64,000 nt of DNA from a virus (IMGVR_UViG_3300027850_000003:32001-96000); one strand, 5' to 3'; positions 38,885-49,665 are shown, counted from the first letter of the stretch. Notes: generated from the letters alone by a model not told the origin. Made by a program: numbers and translations.

Positions 38885-39080
38885 AATCTATTAAATTGAG
38901 TAGACTATTAATATAAGCAAATTTACTAATAGTAATATCTCTTTTCCCATTTTCTATTTTGGAGATTTCTGCTTGAGTATATGAAAGTAATTTACCTAGT
39001 GCAAATTGAGATATATTGTTTTTACATCTATACTCCTTTAATTTATTTCCAAATCTTTTGTTAATACTTAAATAATCCAT
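38874..39080 (-). CDS. XRE-family HTH regulator
   Basis: LKEYR...ISQ..LG......ISKIENGKR. Confidence 0.9.
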   Translation of the reverse strand: MDYLSINKRFGNKLKEYRCKNNISQFALGKLLSYTQAEISKIENGKRDITISKFAYINSLLNLIDFNL

Positions 39081-39147
39081 TATTCCCTATAGGAATTACT
39101 AAACTCTAAAAATATACTAACATAAAAATAGGTGATATAAATTAGAT

Positions 39148-40449
39148 ATGACGATTATACATTTTAATACTCTTCCTACTCCATTACAAGAAGTAGAGAA
39201 TAGTGACCCAAATTCGTTAACTAAAGAAGGTTTAATATTTTACTCAACACTAGAGAACAGTCCTCACGTTGATAGTAGAAAAGTGTCTCATGACTTCTCT
39301 CCTGATAAAATTTACAGGTTAGTTGCTAATACTAATAAACATTTTGATATATCAGAAGTAGGTATTCCAGTATTAACTGAACATAAAAAAGATGTTAATA
39401 ATGTAGTAGGGTTTATTGAGTCCCCAGTAGAAGCTAGAATTATTGATGAAGTTTATACTAAAGGTAATCCTAAGTTAAAACATTTATTAGGAAGAGTCGG
39501 AGTATTCGTAAAAGATGTAGTTATCAAAACTCCTGAAATTATTGATAGAATGAAAAGAGGATTAGCTAAAACAGTAAGTGCTGGAATAGATTTAGATTCT
39601 TTCTCTATTAAAGAATTATCCTTAGTTGCTCTTCCTGCAATACCAAATGCTACTTTATTTAGCTATCATGGAAACAAATCAATTCCTAATATGAAAAAAG
39701 TAAAAAATAAAAATTTATTAGTAGCTAAAGGATATAATGAAAGTAATTATGCTCTATCTATTGATGAAGCTCTAAATGCTGCTCAAACAACAGAGCAACA
39801 ACGAGAAGAGGCTCAGAAAGTATTTGACGCTTTTCTTGAAGTGATTGAGGATGCTAATGAAATTGATGAAGAAGAGATGAGTTCAATGGGAATTCAAGAT
39901 CCTTCTGAAATTATTCAATCTGCTATTGATGATTTGAGTAGTAGATTAGGAGATATGTTTTTAGGAGGTATGGTTGACGATCAACAACAATATCCTCCTC
40001 AGCAACAGCCTCAATCTCAACCTCCAACTAGACCACCTGCTAGAGGTAAATTCAACTCTCCTAGTGATATAGCAATGTTTTACACTGGACAAGGCTACAC
40101 AGCAGAATTCGGTTATCGTCAAGCTATTACTGGGGCATTTAAACAGCTTCGTAATAGAAATCTAACTGGTCAATCTGTAGGTCAAATAGGAAGTAAGTTT
40201 GCTAGTAAAATAGGAAACGCTACTAGAGGTAAATTTGCAAGTATTGGTAGAGGGTTTACTAAAGCTAGTAGAGCTATTACTGGAGGGGCAAGAATAAAAG
40301 AATTAGCTCCTAAACTAACTAATAATCAAGTAAATAAACAAATGAATCAAGTTGATAAATTCGGTAGAGGAAGCACTAATCCAAAACCACTACCAAGACC
40401 TATGAATCCTGCACTTTCTAGACCTAACCGAAAACCTAAAGTAGTATAA
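39148..40449 (+). CDS. prohead protease with acidic and basic extensions
   Basis: IPVLTEH, VSAGID and ELSLVALPAIP motifs (Mu gpI/HK97-like). Confidence 0.75.
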   Translation: MTIIHFNTLPTPLQEVENSDPNSLTKEGLIFYSTLENSPHVDSRKVSHDFSPDKIYRLVANTNKHFDISEVGIPVLTEHKKDVNNVVGFIESPVEARIIDEVYTKGNPKLKHLLGRVGVFVKDVVIKTPEIIDRMKRGLAKTVSAGIDLDSFSIKELSLVALPAIPNATLFSYHGNKSIPNMKKVKNKNLLVAKGYNESNYALSIDEALNAAQTTEQQREEAQKVFDAFLEVIEDANEIDEEEMSSMGIQDPSEIIQSAIDDLSSRLGDMFLGGMVDDQQQYPPQQQPQSQPPTRPPARGKFNSPSDIAMFYTGQGYTAEFGYRQAITGAFKQLRNRNLTGQSVGQIGSKFASKIGNATRGKFASIGRGFTKASRAITGGARIKELAPKLTNNQVNKQMNQVDKFGRGSTNPKPLPRPMNPALSRPNRKPKVV

Positions 40450-40474
40450 AACTATAATATAAAAAATAACAATT

Positions 40475-41083
40475 ATGAAATTCATGAATTCTAACTACGG
40501 CAATGACGGATACAATTACGCTAATTTTCAAAGAGTTTCCGCTGGGCAAGCTGCTAGAAAAGTTGTAAAGGAAAGAAAAACTGTAGAGAGGGGATTAGAG
40601 ATGAAAAAATCTGGTCAGATTGCTACTCCTGGGTCATCCTTCAACTCTAAAAATCCTGCTATGGGTAGAGGAGATTTTGCTCCTAGTGCGTTCCCTAATG
40701 AAGTTGGCCCTCAACCTCTTTATGGCCCTCGCGCTCAAAGTAAAGCATTAAAAGGTACTTTATCTAGGCCTCAGATAAGAGAGCCGGGTGTAGGAAGAAA
40801 TGTTAGGTCTACTGCTGCTGGAGCAAATCAAAGAGCTAGAGACACTTTTAAAACACAGGGGAAAGCTGGAAAAAAAGTTAAATCTGCAATTGCTGGAGCT
40901 AAACAATCTGGTAGAGATGCAGTTTATGCTGGTAAAAAAGGTCTTAAAGCAGCCGGACGTTTTGCTATGAGAAATAAGGTAGGAGTAGGTCTAGCTGCTG
41001 CTGGTGCTTTGGGAGCGGTTGGGTATGGTGTCTACCGTAAGACTCGCTCAGATAAAGGTAGAAAACGTGGAAGCAATGATTAA
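40475..41083 (+). CDS. basic Gly/Ala-rich virion protein with C-terminal TM segment
   Basis: GVGLAAAGALGAVGYG followed by RKTRSDKGRKR. Confidence 0.7.
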   Translation: MKFMNSNYGNDGYNYANFQRVSAGQAARKVVKERKTVERGLEMKKSGQIATPGSSFNSKNPAMGRGDFAPSAFPNEVGPQPLYGPRAQSKALKGTLSRPQIREPGVGRNVRSTAAGANQRARDTFKTQGKAGKKVKSAIAGAKQSGRDAVYAGKKGLKAAGRFAMRNKVGVGLAAAGALGAVGYGVYRKTRSDKGRKRGSND

Positions 41084-41303
41084 GCCAAAACTATTAAATT
41101 TAGCTCGTGGGGCTGCTGCTGGGTCTGCTTTAGGTTATGGTGCAAGCTATTTAGCTGGAGAACCGGATGTAAAAGTTCCTGTTCTTTCTAAAGGAAAATT
41201 AAAAAAGAATCCTAGTAAAAAAGGTATGACAGTACAAAGAGCAGCTATTTTAGCAGGACTTGGGGCTGGTGGAGCTTATGGACTACTTAAAAAGGTAAAG
41301 TAA
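41076..41303 (+). CDS. small glycine-zipper basic protein (start revised to MIKPKL)
   Basis: ATG overlaps the upstream stop region; two Gly-rich hydrophobic helices. Confidence 0.6.
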   Translation: MIKPKLLNLARGAAAGSALGYGASYLAGEPDVKVPVLSKGKLKKNPSKKGMTVQRAAILAGLGAGGAYGLLKKVK

Positions 41304-42334
41304 TGACTACAATTAAACAACTTGAAAGAGAGTACACCGAACTTTACAGTGATACTGTTGAATCTTTAGAACAAGCTTATGAATCTCAAGAAATAGATGA
41401 AGAAGAATTTATTTCTCTTAAGACTCAAACTTTAGCTGAACTAGAAGAAGCATTAGCAGAACTTAGAGGACTAACTCTAGAAGATTTAGAAAACTATAAT
41501 GAAGATGATACAGAAGAATATTCTATGAATAATAACTACGCAAATTTTAGTACGGCAAGCACATATTTAGTTCCAGCAGTTATGGGTCTAATTGATAGTC
41601 ATTATGAAGATCGAGATGAGGCTTTTTATGACATTATGGATTCTACTGGGATTGATGAAGAAGACTTAGAAGGGTTCTTGACTGGTCAACTTGAAGCTAC
41701 TCCTGACTTCATTGATATCTTAAGTGGAATGTTTGAGGAAACCGCCACAGATATCGACTCTGCTCTTGGTCTTCAAATGATGGGAGCTTTGGATCGTGGG
41801 GATACTACAGAAGAAGAACTGGAAGAATCTGATTACGAAGATGACGAGGATGAGGATGATGAGTATTATTATGAGGATGATGTTGAGGAAGAAAGTGATG
41901 AAGTAGACGCTGAAGCTGTTTACTCTTATATCGATCCTCGTGTTCAAGAGTTAGAGTCTAAGATGGCCGACTTTGAACTAAGTAATGAACTTAAAGAACG
42001 TCTTTCTACTATCTCTGACTATGCTCGTCAAGGGATTGATGAACGTTGGTTATCTAAAGCTCAATACGACTTACTGATTGGCTCCTTCAACCGAGATGAG
42101 GATAGAGTAGCTGCATTCTCTCAAACCGCAGAAGCTAATAACGTAGACCTTTCTACTCAACTTTATGCTATTCAATTTGCTCTTAAAGCTGCTGAAAAAT
42201 GTGGAGATCCTAGAATCAACTTTGGCTCTTATATTAATGAAGCTGAATTTTCAGTTAATAGTGAAGAAGAAGAATTAGCAAAGCTTCAAGTAGAAAAGAT
42301 GATTGAAAATCGTTTGTTGTTCAAAAAATACTAA
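41303..42334 (+). CDS. acidic scaffolding-like protein
   Basis: Very D/E-rich; lies between protease and capsid genes. Confidence 0.6.
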   Translation: MTTIKQLEREYTELYSDTVESLEQAYESQEIDEEEFISLKTQTLAELEEALAELRGLTLEDLENYNEDDTEEYSMNNNYANFSTASTYLVPAVMGLIDSHYEDRDEAFYDIMDSTGIDEEDLEGFLTGQLEATPDFIDILSGMFEETATDIDSALGLQMMGALDRGDTTEEELEESDYEDDEDEDDEYYYEDDVEEESDEVDAEAVYSYIDPRVQELESKMADFELSNELKERLSTISDYARQGIDERWLSKAQYDLLIGSFNRDEDRVAAFSQTAEANNVDLSTQLYAIQFALKAAEKCGDPRINFGSYINEAEFSVNSEEEELAKLQVEKMIENRLLFKKY

Positions 42335-42344
42335 AGAATAAATT

Positions 42345-43181
42345 ATGTTTGCAAGATACGGGTCAACTAACTCAGAAAAAGCTATTATTGCTTTCCCAAG
42401 AAATGTCAGAGTTCCTTACCATGTTGCAATGACTGGTAGCCATATTTCCCCCAATAAAGAAGGTAGAAAAGCTCTAGAAGAAGGTCACTTTGTTTCTAAG
42501 AAGAATGGAGTTCATCGGTTTCTCCCTCGTTCAAGAGTTACTACTGTTCCTAGTGGAAGTCGATTTAAAGTAAAGAATCCCTATGTCTTTGTTCAAGGGG
42601 ATGTACTTCAAATTACTCAACCAGTAGCAGTTCTAGCAGTTACTGGGACAACAGCAGCAGGTATTACTATCAATGAGACGAGAACATTTAACTATACTCC
42701 TGTAGGGGCAGCTAATGCAACTGAAGCAGCTACTATGATTGCTACATATTTTAACTCTCTACCTGATATTAGTAGCACATTAGAACTTATTTCTATGGGG
42801 GCAAATATTTATTTTTATTCCCCAGTAAGTATGAGACCTGTAACTTTTACTCCTAGTGGAAGTCTTGGCACTACTGTAACTACTACTGTTCTTACTACTA
42901 CTCCTATTGGAACTCTTCAAGCTATTGATTTAGTAACTGAAGAACTTATCTTAGGAGCTGCTGTTGCTGGTACTCTTCCTGTTGGTTCAGTAGTAGGAGT
43001 TTCACAAGACGAAGTGTTAGGTATTTTCTCTCACTCAGTAGATTATACTTCTGGTGGGATTACTGGTAACACTATTGGAGTAATTGATGAGGCTAAAGTT
43101 TATAAACTTCACCTACCTCACTGGGATAACTCTCTTACTTATGAATGTCCTAGACTTCATATTAGAGAAGTGTGGTCTTAA
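42345..43181 (+). CDS. head decoration protein
   Basis: Directly upstream of the capsid gene; beta-rich with an inserted domain. Confidence 0.6.
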   Translation: MFARYGSTNSEKAIIAFPRNVRVPYHVAMTGSHISPNKEGRKALEEGHFVSKKNGVHRFLPRSRVTTVPSGSRFKVKNPYVFVQGDVLQITQPVAVLAVTGTTAAGITINETRTFNYTPVGAANATEAATMIATYFNSLPDISSTLELISMGANIYFYSPVSMRPVTFTPSGSLGTTVTTTVLTTTPIGTLQAIDLVTEELILGAAVAGTLPVGSVVGVSQDEVLGIFSHSVDYTSGGITGNTIGVIDEAKVYKLHLPHWDNSLTYECPRLHIREVWS

Positions 43182-43215
43182 TAATAAATAATAAAAAGAT
43201 AAATAATAAAAATAT

Positions 43216-44382
43216 ATGGCATACGTTGCAAGTTTTTTCTCTGAGAGGTTCGTCGCCAAGCAGGTAATGGCTATGGTTGATGAAACTGAACATCAGTTAC
43301 TTAAAAGAGGTAAACTGATTGATAAATATTTTCCTACTCAAATGTTTGATGGAAGAGATTTTGTTGGTCTACTAACTAAGAGAGTCGCCCCTGCTGCATC
43401 TATTGTCGCTTATGGTGCTGAAATTCCATTGGTAAGCTTTGGTGGAGTTGAACGAATGGCTGCTACGTTATTCAAGCTAGGTACTTCACGTCTATATGAT
43501 GAAGAAACTCAGTGGAAAATGATGGAAGCACAGAACTTAGCTATCACTAAAGGTATTAAAGTTCAAAAAGTTTATAATCCTGATGGTACTGTTACTCCTG
43601 GTTCAAGTTCAGATTTAGCTACTATTCTATTTGGTCAAGTTAATGATCTTTTAAGAGGTATTACTGATAGAATGGATCACTTGAAATGGCAAGTGGCTCA
43701 AACTGGTGCAGTAGATATGACTGACCCAATTACAGGTATTCCTTTATCTCTTGATTTTAAGAAGGCTGGAGTTAACTATAATCATTTCCCTACCCCTCTT
43801 ACTCTAACTGGTAATACTGTAACTCCTACTTTGAATAAGTGGAGTGATTATGTAAATGCTCAGGCTCTTCAAAATCTCTCTGATGCCTGTGATACTTACT
43901 ACGATACTAATGGTTATATGCCAGACAAGATTGTAATGAGTCGTAAGTTATGGAAAGATTTCTTACAACAAAGAAGCACTCGTGATGCAGCTAGGCAAAT
44001 GTCTACTGTTGAACTAGGTCTAGTATCTCCTGATATGGGAAGAAAACTACTAGCTATGAGAGACTTACCAGACGTGGAAGTATTTGAAGAAAAGTATCAA
44101 GAACAATTAGCTGATGGTTCAATTGTAGATGTTAACTTCTTGAATAATAATCGTTTTGTATTCCTTAAAGAAGATATGGGGATTAGTGCAATCGGCCCTA
44201 CTCTTGAATCTGTTCCTACTATTATTGGAGGTGGTGATGTTCCTATTGAGCCTAAGTCAGGTATTTATGTAACTACTTATGAGCAAAATAAACATCCTAA
44301 GCAAGACGTATCTATGGCAACTGCAACTTTTCTTCCTATCGTAATGAATCCTAAGCAATTATATTCTCAACAGGTTAAGTAA
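43216..44382 (+). CDS. major capsid protein (lambda gpE-like)
   Basis: YFP, APAASIVAYGAE, WQVAQTG, PDKIVMS and TFLPIV motifs. Confidence 0.85.
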   Translation: MAYVASFFSERFVAKQVMAMVDETEHQLLKRGKLIDKYFPTQMFDGRDFVGLLTKRVAPAASIVAYGAEIPLVSFGGVERMAATLFKLGTSRLYDEETQWKMMEAQNLAITKGIKVQKVYNPDGTVTPGSSSDLATILFGQVNDLLRGITDRMDHLKWQVAQTGAVDMTDPITGIPLSLDFKKAGVNYNHFPTPLTLTGNTVTPTLNKWSDYVNAQALQNLSDACDTYYDTNGYMPDKIVMSRKLWKDFLQQRSTRDAARQMSTVELGLVSPDMGRKLLAMRDLPDVEVFEEKYQEQLADGSIVDVNFLNNNRFVFLKEDMGISAIGPTLESVPTIIGGGDVPIEPKSGIYVTTYEQNKHPKQDVSMATATFLPIVMNPKQLYSQQVK

Positions 44383-44813
44383 TGAAAAAATATACCTTGC
44401 TGAAAAATATTGTTACTAAGGAGGGTAATATGATTTTTGCTCGTCAAGCTTTTTATATGGAAGGTGAAATTCCTAAAGAGTTTATTAATCCTCTAAACGT
44501 AATAGTAGTAGAAGATACACAAGCAGTTATTCATACACAAACTAATACTCCAGATGAAACACATTATTTAACTGGGAAGGATGTCACTACTCTTACTCCT
44601 AAGTTTTACGATCCTAGTAAAGTAGAGGTTATTGATAAGCTAAACATTAATTCTATGTCTTTAGACCAATTGAAAGTTCTTAAAGGAATTGGGGAGAAGA
44701 TTGCTACTCAGCTAATTACTAATAGACCTTACACTGATTTAACTGACCTAACTACTAAAGTTAAACCCTCTCCTGGTAAAAACTGGGAAGAATTCAATTT
44801 CATGTTCTCTTAA
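44382..44813 (+). CDS. helix-hairpin-helix DNA-binding protein
   Basis: LNINSMSLDQLKVLKGIGEKIA..I..RPY. Confidence 0.8.
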   Translation: MKKYTLLKNIVTKEGNMIFARQAFYMEGEIPKEFINPLNVIVVEDTQAVIHTQTNTPDETHYLTGKDVTTLTPKFYDPSKVEVIDKLNINSMSLDQLKVLKGIGEKIATQLITNRPYTDLTDLTTKVKPSPGKNWEEFNFMFS

Positions 44814-44878
44814 AAATATCTCTAGTACAAAAGATAATACTAGGTATAGTTTTACTAGAGAGCTATACCTATTTTTTT

Positions 44879-45695
44879 ATGATAATACAACATAAAGTTA
44901 CAACTCTCCAAGTAGTTAGAGATAGTTATAAAGAAAAACCCCAGATATATCTTAAGGAATCTAAACATTCTATAAGAGATACTATCCCAGTAATAGTAGA
45001 TATAACTTCATCTACTCCTATCACTATTAATAATATTGGATTGACGTTTAGGATATATCACCAATTAACAGGCTTAATACTTCAACAATATAATACTGAT
45101 AGTTTTATATTTCCTATAGTAGAAGTCAATAAAATACAGGCTATCTTATACGTTAATGGAAGTGATATACCTAACTTCTATGCCTCTAAGCTTTTAGAAT
45201 TTCCAAATAAAACTCATAAGCTTAACTATGAAATGATTATATCCGCTAATACTACTCGAAATATTTCTAAATTTACTGATAACGGAGAATTCTATGTCTA
45301 TTAAAGTTAATACATATCGAGAATGGAAAGATAATAGACTATCAGGTTCTATTGTTCCTAGAAAAGATGATTTACCTTTAGGGGTTAGTTTAGAGTCTAT
45401 AGATAATCCCTCTCTCTTAGGAGTTGGAGTATCTGTTAATTTTATAGTATTTACTAACACTTCTACTACTAATTTCTCAGTAGGGAATTACGGAACTCTT
45501 ACTGGTTTATCTCCTATTGTTACTGAACCTTCTAAAATTATCTTTAAAGGCTTAGTAGAGAAAGAACAATTACAAACTAGATTAGACCCAAATCTAGATT
45601 CTTCAGTATATTTCGTTACTAAAGCTGTATTTCCTGATACTGCTGAAGTTACTATTGATGAGGGCTATTTCACTTCTAAAGTTACTCTTATTTAA
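44879..45695 (+). other. two small beta-rich virion structural proteins (44879-45304, 45294-45695)
   Basis: Both end in a D.G.F motif, like the C-terminal domain of 51470. Confidence 0.5.
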
Positions 45696-45703
45696 TTAAA
45701 AAT

Positions 45704-46120
45704 ATGAGAGATATTACCTTTATGGGTTCTACTAATAATATTGAATTTAATAGAAAACGTGGCTCTAAGGATAAAAAGAAAAGAAAAAGAAAAGTCATTA
45801 ATAACAGGCCAAGTGCAGATGGTCAAGCTCCTCTTAATGAAATCGGTCAACAAAGAACTGGGTATAAATATTATCGTAAACGTAGAGCTTTAAGGTTTAT
45901 TGGGCAATTAGCAGTAGCGGGAGGAGTAGTAGGAGCAGCTTTATCTGTTCCATCAGCAGTAGTTCTTCAAAATCCTAAAGCTATGTTAGTGGGAGCAGGA
46001 CTAGGGGCAGTAGGTTTAGGAGGTATTAGCTATTTAGAACACGCTAATAATAAATATAGTCCTTTCTATAGAAAGAAATTACCAGTCATAGTAGACTCTA
46101 GTAAATATAAAGTAAAATAA
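45704..46120 (+). CDS. basic glycine-zipper membrane protein
   Basis: EFNRKRGSKDKKKRKRK plus two Gly-rich TM segments. Confidence 0.7.
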   Translation: MRDITFMGSTNNIEFNRKRGSKDKKKRKRKVINNRPSADGQAPLNEIGQQRTGYKYYRKRRALRFIGQLAVAGGVVGAALSVPSAVVLQNPKAMLVGAGLGAVGLGGISYLEHANNKYSPFYRKKLPVIVDSSKYKVK

Positions 46121-46121
46121 A

Positions 46122-46889
46122 ATGTCAAGATTAAAAATTATTAATAAAACTCCACTAAAGAGTAGAGCAATTCCGTTTATTGAGCTAAATCCTAATTATT
46201 TCTATTGGTTAGATATTGGTACTGAAATAGTAGTAGATATCTTAAGAGAAAAAGATAAGCACTTAGAGGTTAAATTACTTACATCTAATCTTAAAAATTT
46301 ACCAGTAGGAGTTAAAGTCTGGTATATTTACAAAGAACACGTCCAAGTAACCGAAGAACCAGGTAATACTAAGACCAGTAAAAATACTCTTAAGACTGAC
46401 TATTACTACCAGTTATATAACAAGTATCATCCTTATACTTCTTGTTTCCTTAGTTGTGTAGCAATGCTCCTATCTTTCCATAAGGTTAAAGTAACCCCTG
46501 ATGAACTATATAACAAATGTTTAGATTTAGGTTACAATAGATTTTCTCATCAAGATATTTCTGCAATATTAAGAAGTTACGGAGTTAAATATACTTCTAA
46601 AACTAATGGAACTTTTAAAGAGATAAAAGAGACTCTTAAGACTTCCCCTGTTATTCTTGGGACATATCTTACTGAAGGGACTCATATTGTACTATTAGTA
46701 GGATTTGATGATCAAGCTTATGATGGAAGAGGAGCTTTTATAGTTAATGACCCTTATGGAGAATTTACTCATAATGGTTATATTCATACTAATATAGCTG
46801 GTAACGAGACTCTTTACAGTTACTCTTTAATTAAACAAGTAGGCGCTCCAGAAGGTGAAGGAAATTACTGGATTCACGTTCCACAATAA
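46122..46889 (+). CDS. C39-like peptidase, probable endolysin
   Basis: YYYQ..N....TSCFLSCVAM, HIVLLVGFD and IVNDPYG motifs. Confidence 0.85.
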   Translation: MSRLKIINKTPLKSRAIPFIELNPNYFYWLDIGTEIVVDILREKDKHLEVKLLTSNLKNLPVGVKVWYIYKEHVQVTEEPGNTKTSKNTLKTDYYYQLYNKYHPYTSCFLSCVAMLLSFHKVKVTPDELYNKCLDLGYNRFSHQDISAILRSYGVKYTSKTNGTFKEIKETLKTSPVILGTYLTEGTHIVLLVGFDDQAYDGRGAFIVNDPYGEFTHNGYIHTNIAGNETLYSYSLIKQVGAPEGEGNYWIHVPQ

Positions 46890-47172
46890 AAATATGAAAA
46901 ATAAAATGAAACGCTCACTATATTTCACCAAGACTTTTTTCTTTTCTCTACTACTCTATTTCTCAGTAGTCTATTCTCCTCTAGTTAATTATATATATGA
47001 TAAAGAACTAACTAAGGAGGATTTCACTGCATTATTAATAGGTACTTTTAGTTTCTTAGGAGTAAGTCAAGGTCGTATGAGGGTCAACGATGATATTAGA
47101 AAGAGTGCAGAATCAGGAGTTGCTACCGGACTCTTAACCTCTAAAGTAATTCCTAGTAAACCTGAAAGGTAA
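46855..47172 (+). CDS. holin-like membrane protein
   Basis: Two TM segments, directly after the endolysin. Confidence 0.55.
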   Translation: MKEITGFTFHNKNMKNKMKRSLYFTKTFFFSLLLYFSVVYSPLVNYIYDKELTKEDFTALLIGTFSFLGVSQGRMRVNDDIRKSAESGVATGLLTSKVIPSKPER

Positions 47173-47178
47173 TATGAA

Positions 47179-48735
47179 ATGGTTGTATTTAGCTTATTAT
47201 TAGAAAAATGTGGAGAGGATTACTATTACCGGTATATAAGTGACAAGATTACTTACTATATTCCGTCTTATAAAATAGATAAACTTAATCAAGATGTAAA
47301 AGATACTGATAGCTTTAAGGAGTATCATTATTCAGTAAATGTTAGAGATTTTTTAAATAATGTATATAAGTTAGGTGAGTATACTCTTAATACTACTGTT
47401 ACTGATATTCGTAATAAAAAAGATATAGAGTTAACTTTCTTTGGCTATAAGTACAATGAATTTATTGTAGTAGTTGGTACTCAAAAAGTAGATGACTTAC
47501 TACAAGAGACATTATTTAAAGAGGATTATATATTTCTTGTTCGATGGTTTAGTAGTAAAGAAGATACTATAGATGATATTTCAGATAATGTAACTTCTTT
47601 ACTAGGTTATACAAAAGAGGAGTTATTATCTAAGCCTTATTTAGAGTTTATTCATCCTGAAGATAAAGAGACTTTCATTAAAGAGTTAACTAAATATGTA
47701 GTAGATAAGACTCCTTCTTTTTATCAAAAATATCGTTTAATAAGTAGCTTAGGAAAACCTATTAGTATTTTAGACCATTCTTGTGTAATTACTAATAGTG
47801 AAGGTAGTTCTATAGTTGGTTATTTAAGAGATATTACTTTAGAAATTGAAATGTCTAGTAAATTAAAAGAATTAACTAACTTGGATGAGGAAGGTTTTAA
47901 TAGTGGAGCAGTTATAAATATTGAATGGAATAAATATTATAAGGTTACTCGTTGGAATAAGGAAGCTGCTAATATACTAGGTTGGACTAATGATTCAGTA
48001 ATAGATAAACATATCTCAGAACTTAAATTATTTAACGATGAAGATGTTACTAAAATTGAAGGTCAAGTTGATAGGCTAATTAATCGAGAAGTTGAAAATA
48101 TAATTAGTAGCTTTAAAATAACTAAAAAAGACGGCTCAATATTAAATACTAAATGGTCTAATAGGGCAATAAATAGAAAGGGGGATACTAGAGTTCTTTC
48201 TACTGTAGTAGACCAAAGCCAAGAAGCTCTTTTAACTATGAGGTTAGATGAGGTACAGGAAAGGTCTGATTTGTTACTTCAAACTTTATTTAATACTAAT
48301 AATGTTTCTAATGAGGTATTTGGTAAATTAGTGCATAGTCCTCTTACTGCTAACCCTGAAAGTCTAATAAAAGCTGAAATTCTTATTCGTAAATTAGAAG
48401 AAGAAATTACTCGACTTAATAACACTGTTTTTTATAATAATGATAATAATTTACTTAATGATGTAGCTTTCCTTAAAAAAGAAGATTACTTATTCAATGA
48501 AAAATTAGTTAGACTAGAAGAGCAGAATAAAGAGTTATCTTTTAAATTAGAAAGTTTACTAAATATTAATGTGCTTACTTTTTTAAAGAATTTAAGTAGT
48601 AAAAATCTACTAGCAGCTATGATTATTAGTTACATAGTATTTGGGCAATTGATACCTGCTATTTATCCTTCAATTATTAAACCTACTATTACTAATATAA
48701 ATAAAGAAGTTAGACAATTAACAGGACAAGACTAA
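47179..48735 (+). CDS. PAS-domain protein with coiled coil and C-terminal TM segment
   Basis: LLGYTKEEL..FIHPED..YRL...G and WNKEAANILGW...KKDG..W PAS signatures; no kinase or cyclase output domain. Confidence 0.85.
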   Translation: MVVFSLLLEKCGEDYYYRYISDKITYYIPSYKIDKLNQDVKDTDSFKEYHYSVNVRDFLNNVYKLGEYTLNTTVTDIRNKKDIELTFFGYKYNEFIVVVGTQKVDDLLQETLFKEDYIFLVRWFSSKEDTIDDISDNVTSLLGYTKEELLSKPYLEFIHPEDKETFIKELTKYVVDKTPSFYQKYRLISSLGKPISILDHSCVITNSEGSSIVGYLRDITLEIEMSSKLKELTNLDEEGFNSGAVINIEWNKYYKVTRWNKEAANILGWTNDSVIDKHISELKLFNDEDVTKIEGQVDRLINREVENIISSFKITKKDGSILNTKWSNRAINRKGDTRVLSTVVDQSQEALLTMRLDEVQERSDLLLQTLFNTNNVSNEVFGKLVHSPLTANPESLIKAEILIRKLEEEITRLNNTVFYNNDNNLLNDVAFLKKEDYLFNEKLVRLEEQNKELSFKLESLLNINVLTFLKNLSSKNLLAAMIISYIVFGQLIPAIYPSIIKPTITNINKEVRQLTGQD

Positions 48736-48736
48736 T

Positions 48737-48943
48737 ATGAAATTAAAACTAGCAGAGTTCAGTAAGACTAATGCTCAGGGGCGAAAAAGGTACAAAAGAA
48801 AACTTAAGCTTAAACCTAAAATTACTAATGACCCTTTAGCTACTAAAGATAGTAGAGATAAAGTTAAAACAAGTGTTCAAGTAGTACGAGAAGGTCGTAA
48901 ATGGATTAATACAGGAGTAAGTATTGGGAGATTCCTTAAATAA
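48737..48943 (+). CDS. small basic protein
   Basis: LAEFSK..GRKRYKRK. Confidence 0.6.
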   Translation: MKLKLAEFSKTNAQGRKRYKRKLKLKPKITNDPLATKDSRDKVKTSVQVVREGRKWINTGVSIGRFLK

Positions 48944-49530
48944 TGTATAAATATATAACAGTAGAAAAGATTCAAAGGAGACTAGGTAGAAGAGCTAATG
49001 TATTTACTAACTCACTTATTCCTAGTGATAATGTCTCGGTAATATCTAGTAATTTAGATACAGAACTAATACATGATTTAATTATTAGAAATGAGGCTTT
49101 GATAGATACATATTTCGGGATGCTTTATGCTCTTCCAATTGACTTAAGAGATGTTCCACTAATTGAGCCAATATTAGAGGGATTCGTTATTAATGATTTA
49201 ATGATGTCTCTTTATGACCAAGGAATGATTGCTTCACTTGGAGGAGATGGTGGGTTTGGTTCTACTATTTATCAGAAAGCTAAAGAGTTATTGAAAGGAT
49301 ATTTTATAGGTTCTGGTATTTATATTCCAGGTATCTTTGCCCCAGAAGATAATGCAATGAAAGAAGCCTACCCATTACTATTACCTTATACTCCTAGATT
49401 AACAGAGAGGAGAGATAATATTACTAGGAGCTATACTCTTATAGGTAATTATCAGAAAAATAGAAGTAACATGGAATTTGATTTTACAAATAATAAAAAA
49501 GTATTTGGGGTAGAAGACAGATTATGGTAA
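48943..49530 (+). CDS. head-tail adaptor (Mu gp36-like)
   Basis: Y.T...I, EALIDTYFG..YALP and YQKA..LL. Confidence 0.6.
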   Translation: MYKYITVEKIQRRLGRRANVFTNSLIPSDNVSVISSNLDTELIHDLIIRNEALIDTYFGMLYALPIDLRDVPLIEPILEGFVINDLMMSLYDQGMIASLGGDGGFGSTIYQKAKELLKGYFIGSGIYIPGIFAPEDNAMKEAYPLLLPYTPRLTERRDNITRSYTLIGNYQKNRSNMEFDFTNNKKVFGVEDRLW

Positions 49531-49661
49531 TTTATTTTATTGGTACTGGACTAACTGGGGCAACTTTATTAACCGCTAAAAAACTAGATGATGCTAATGA
49601 ATCTGGCAAACTTAGAGACTGGGGAAGTAAATCAGGATTAAACAAATATAAGAAGAAATAA
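49524..49661 (+). CDS. small basic peptide (not in ORF track)
   Basis: 45 aa MVIYFIGTGLTGATLLTAKK...KYKKK; fills the intergenic gap. Confidence 0.45.
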   Translation: MVIYFIGTGLTGATLLTAKKLDDANESGKLRDWGSKSGLNKYKKK

Positions 49662-49665
49662 AATT

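Noticed and set aside
44382-44813. PsbU-like photosynthesis gene
   Set aside because: Only a generic HhH motif, no signal peptide, and positioned directly after the capsid gene
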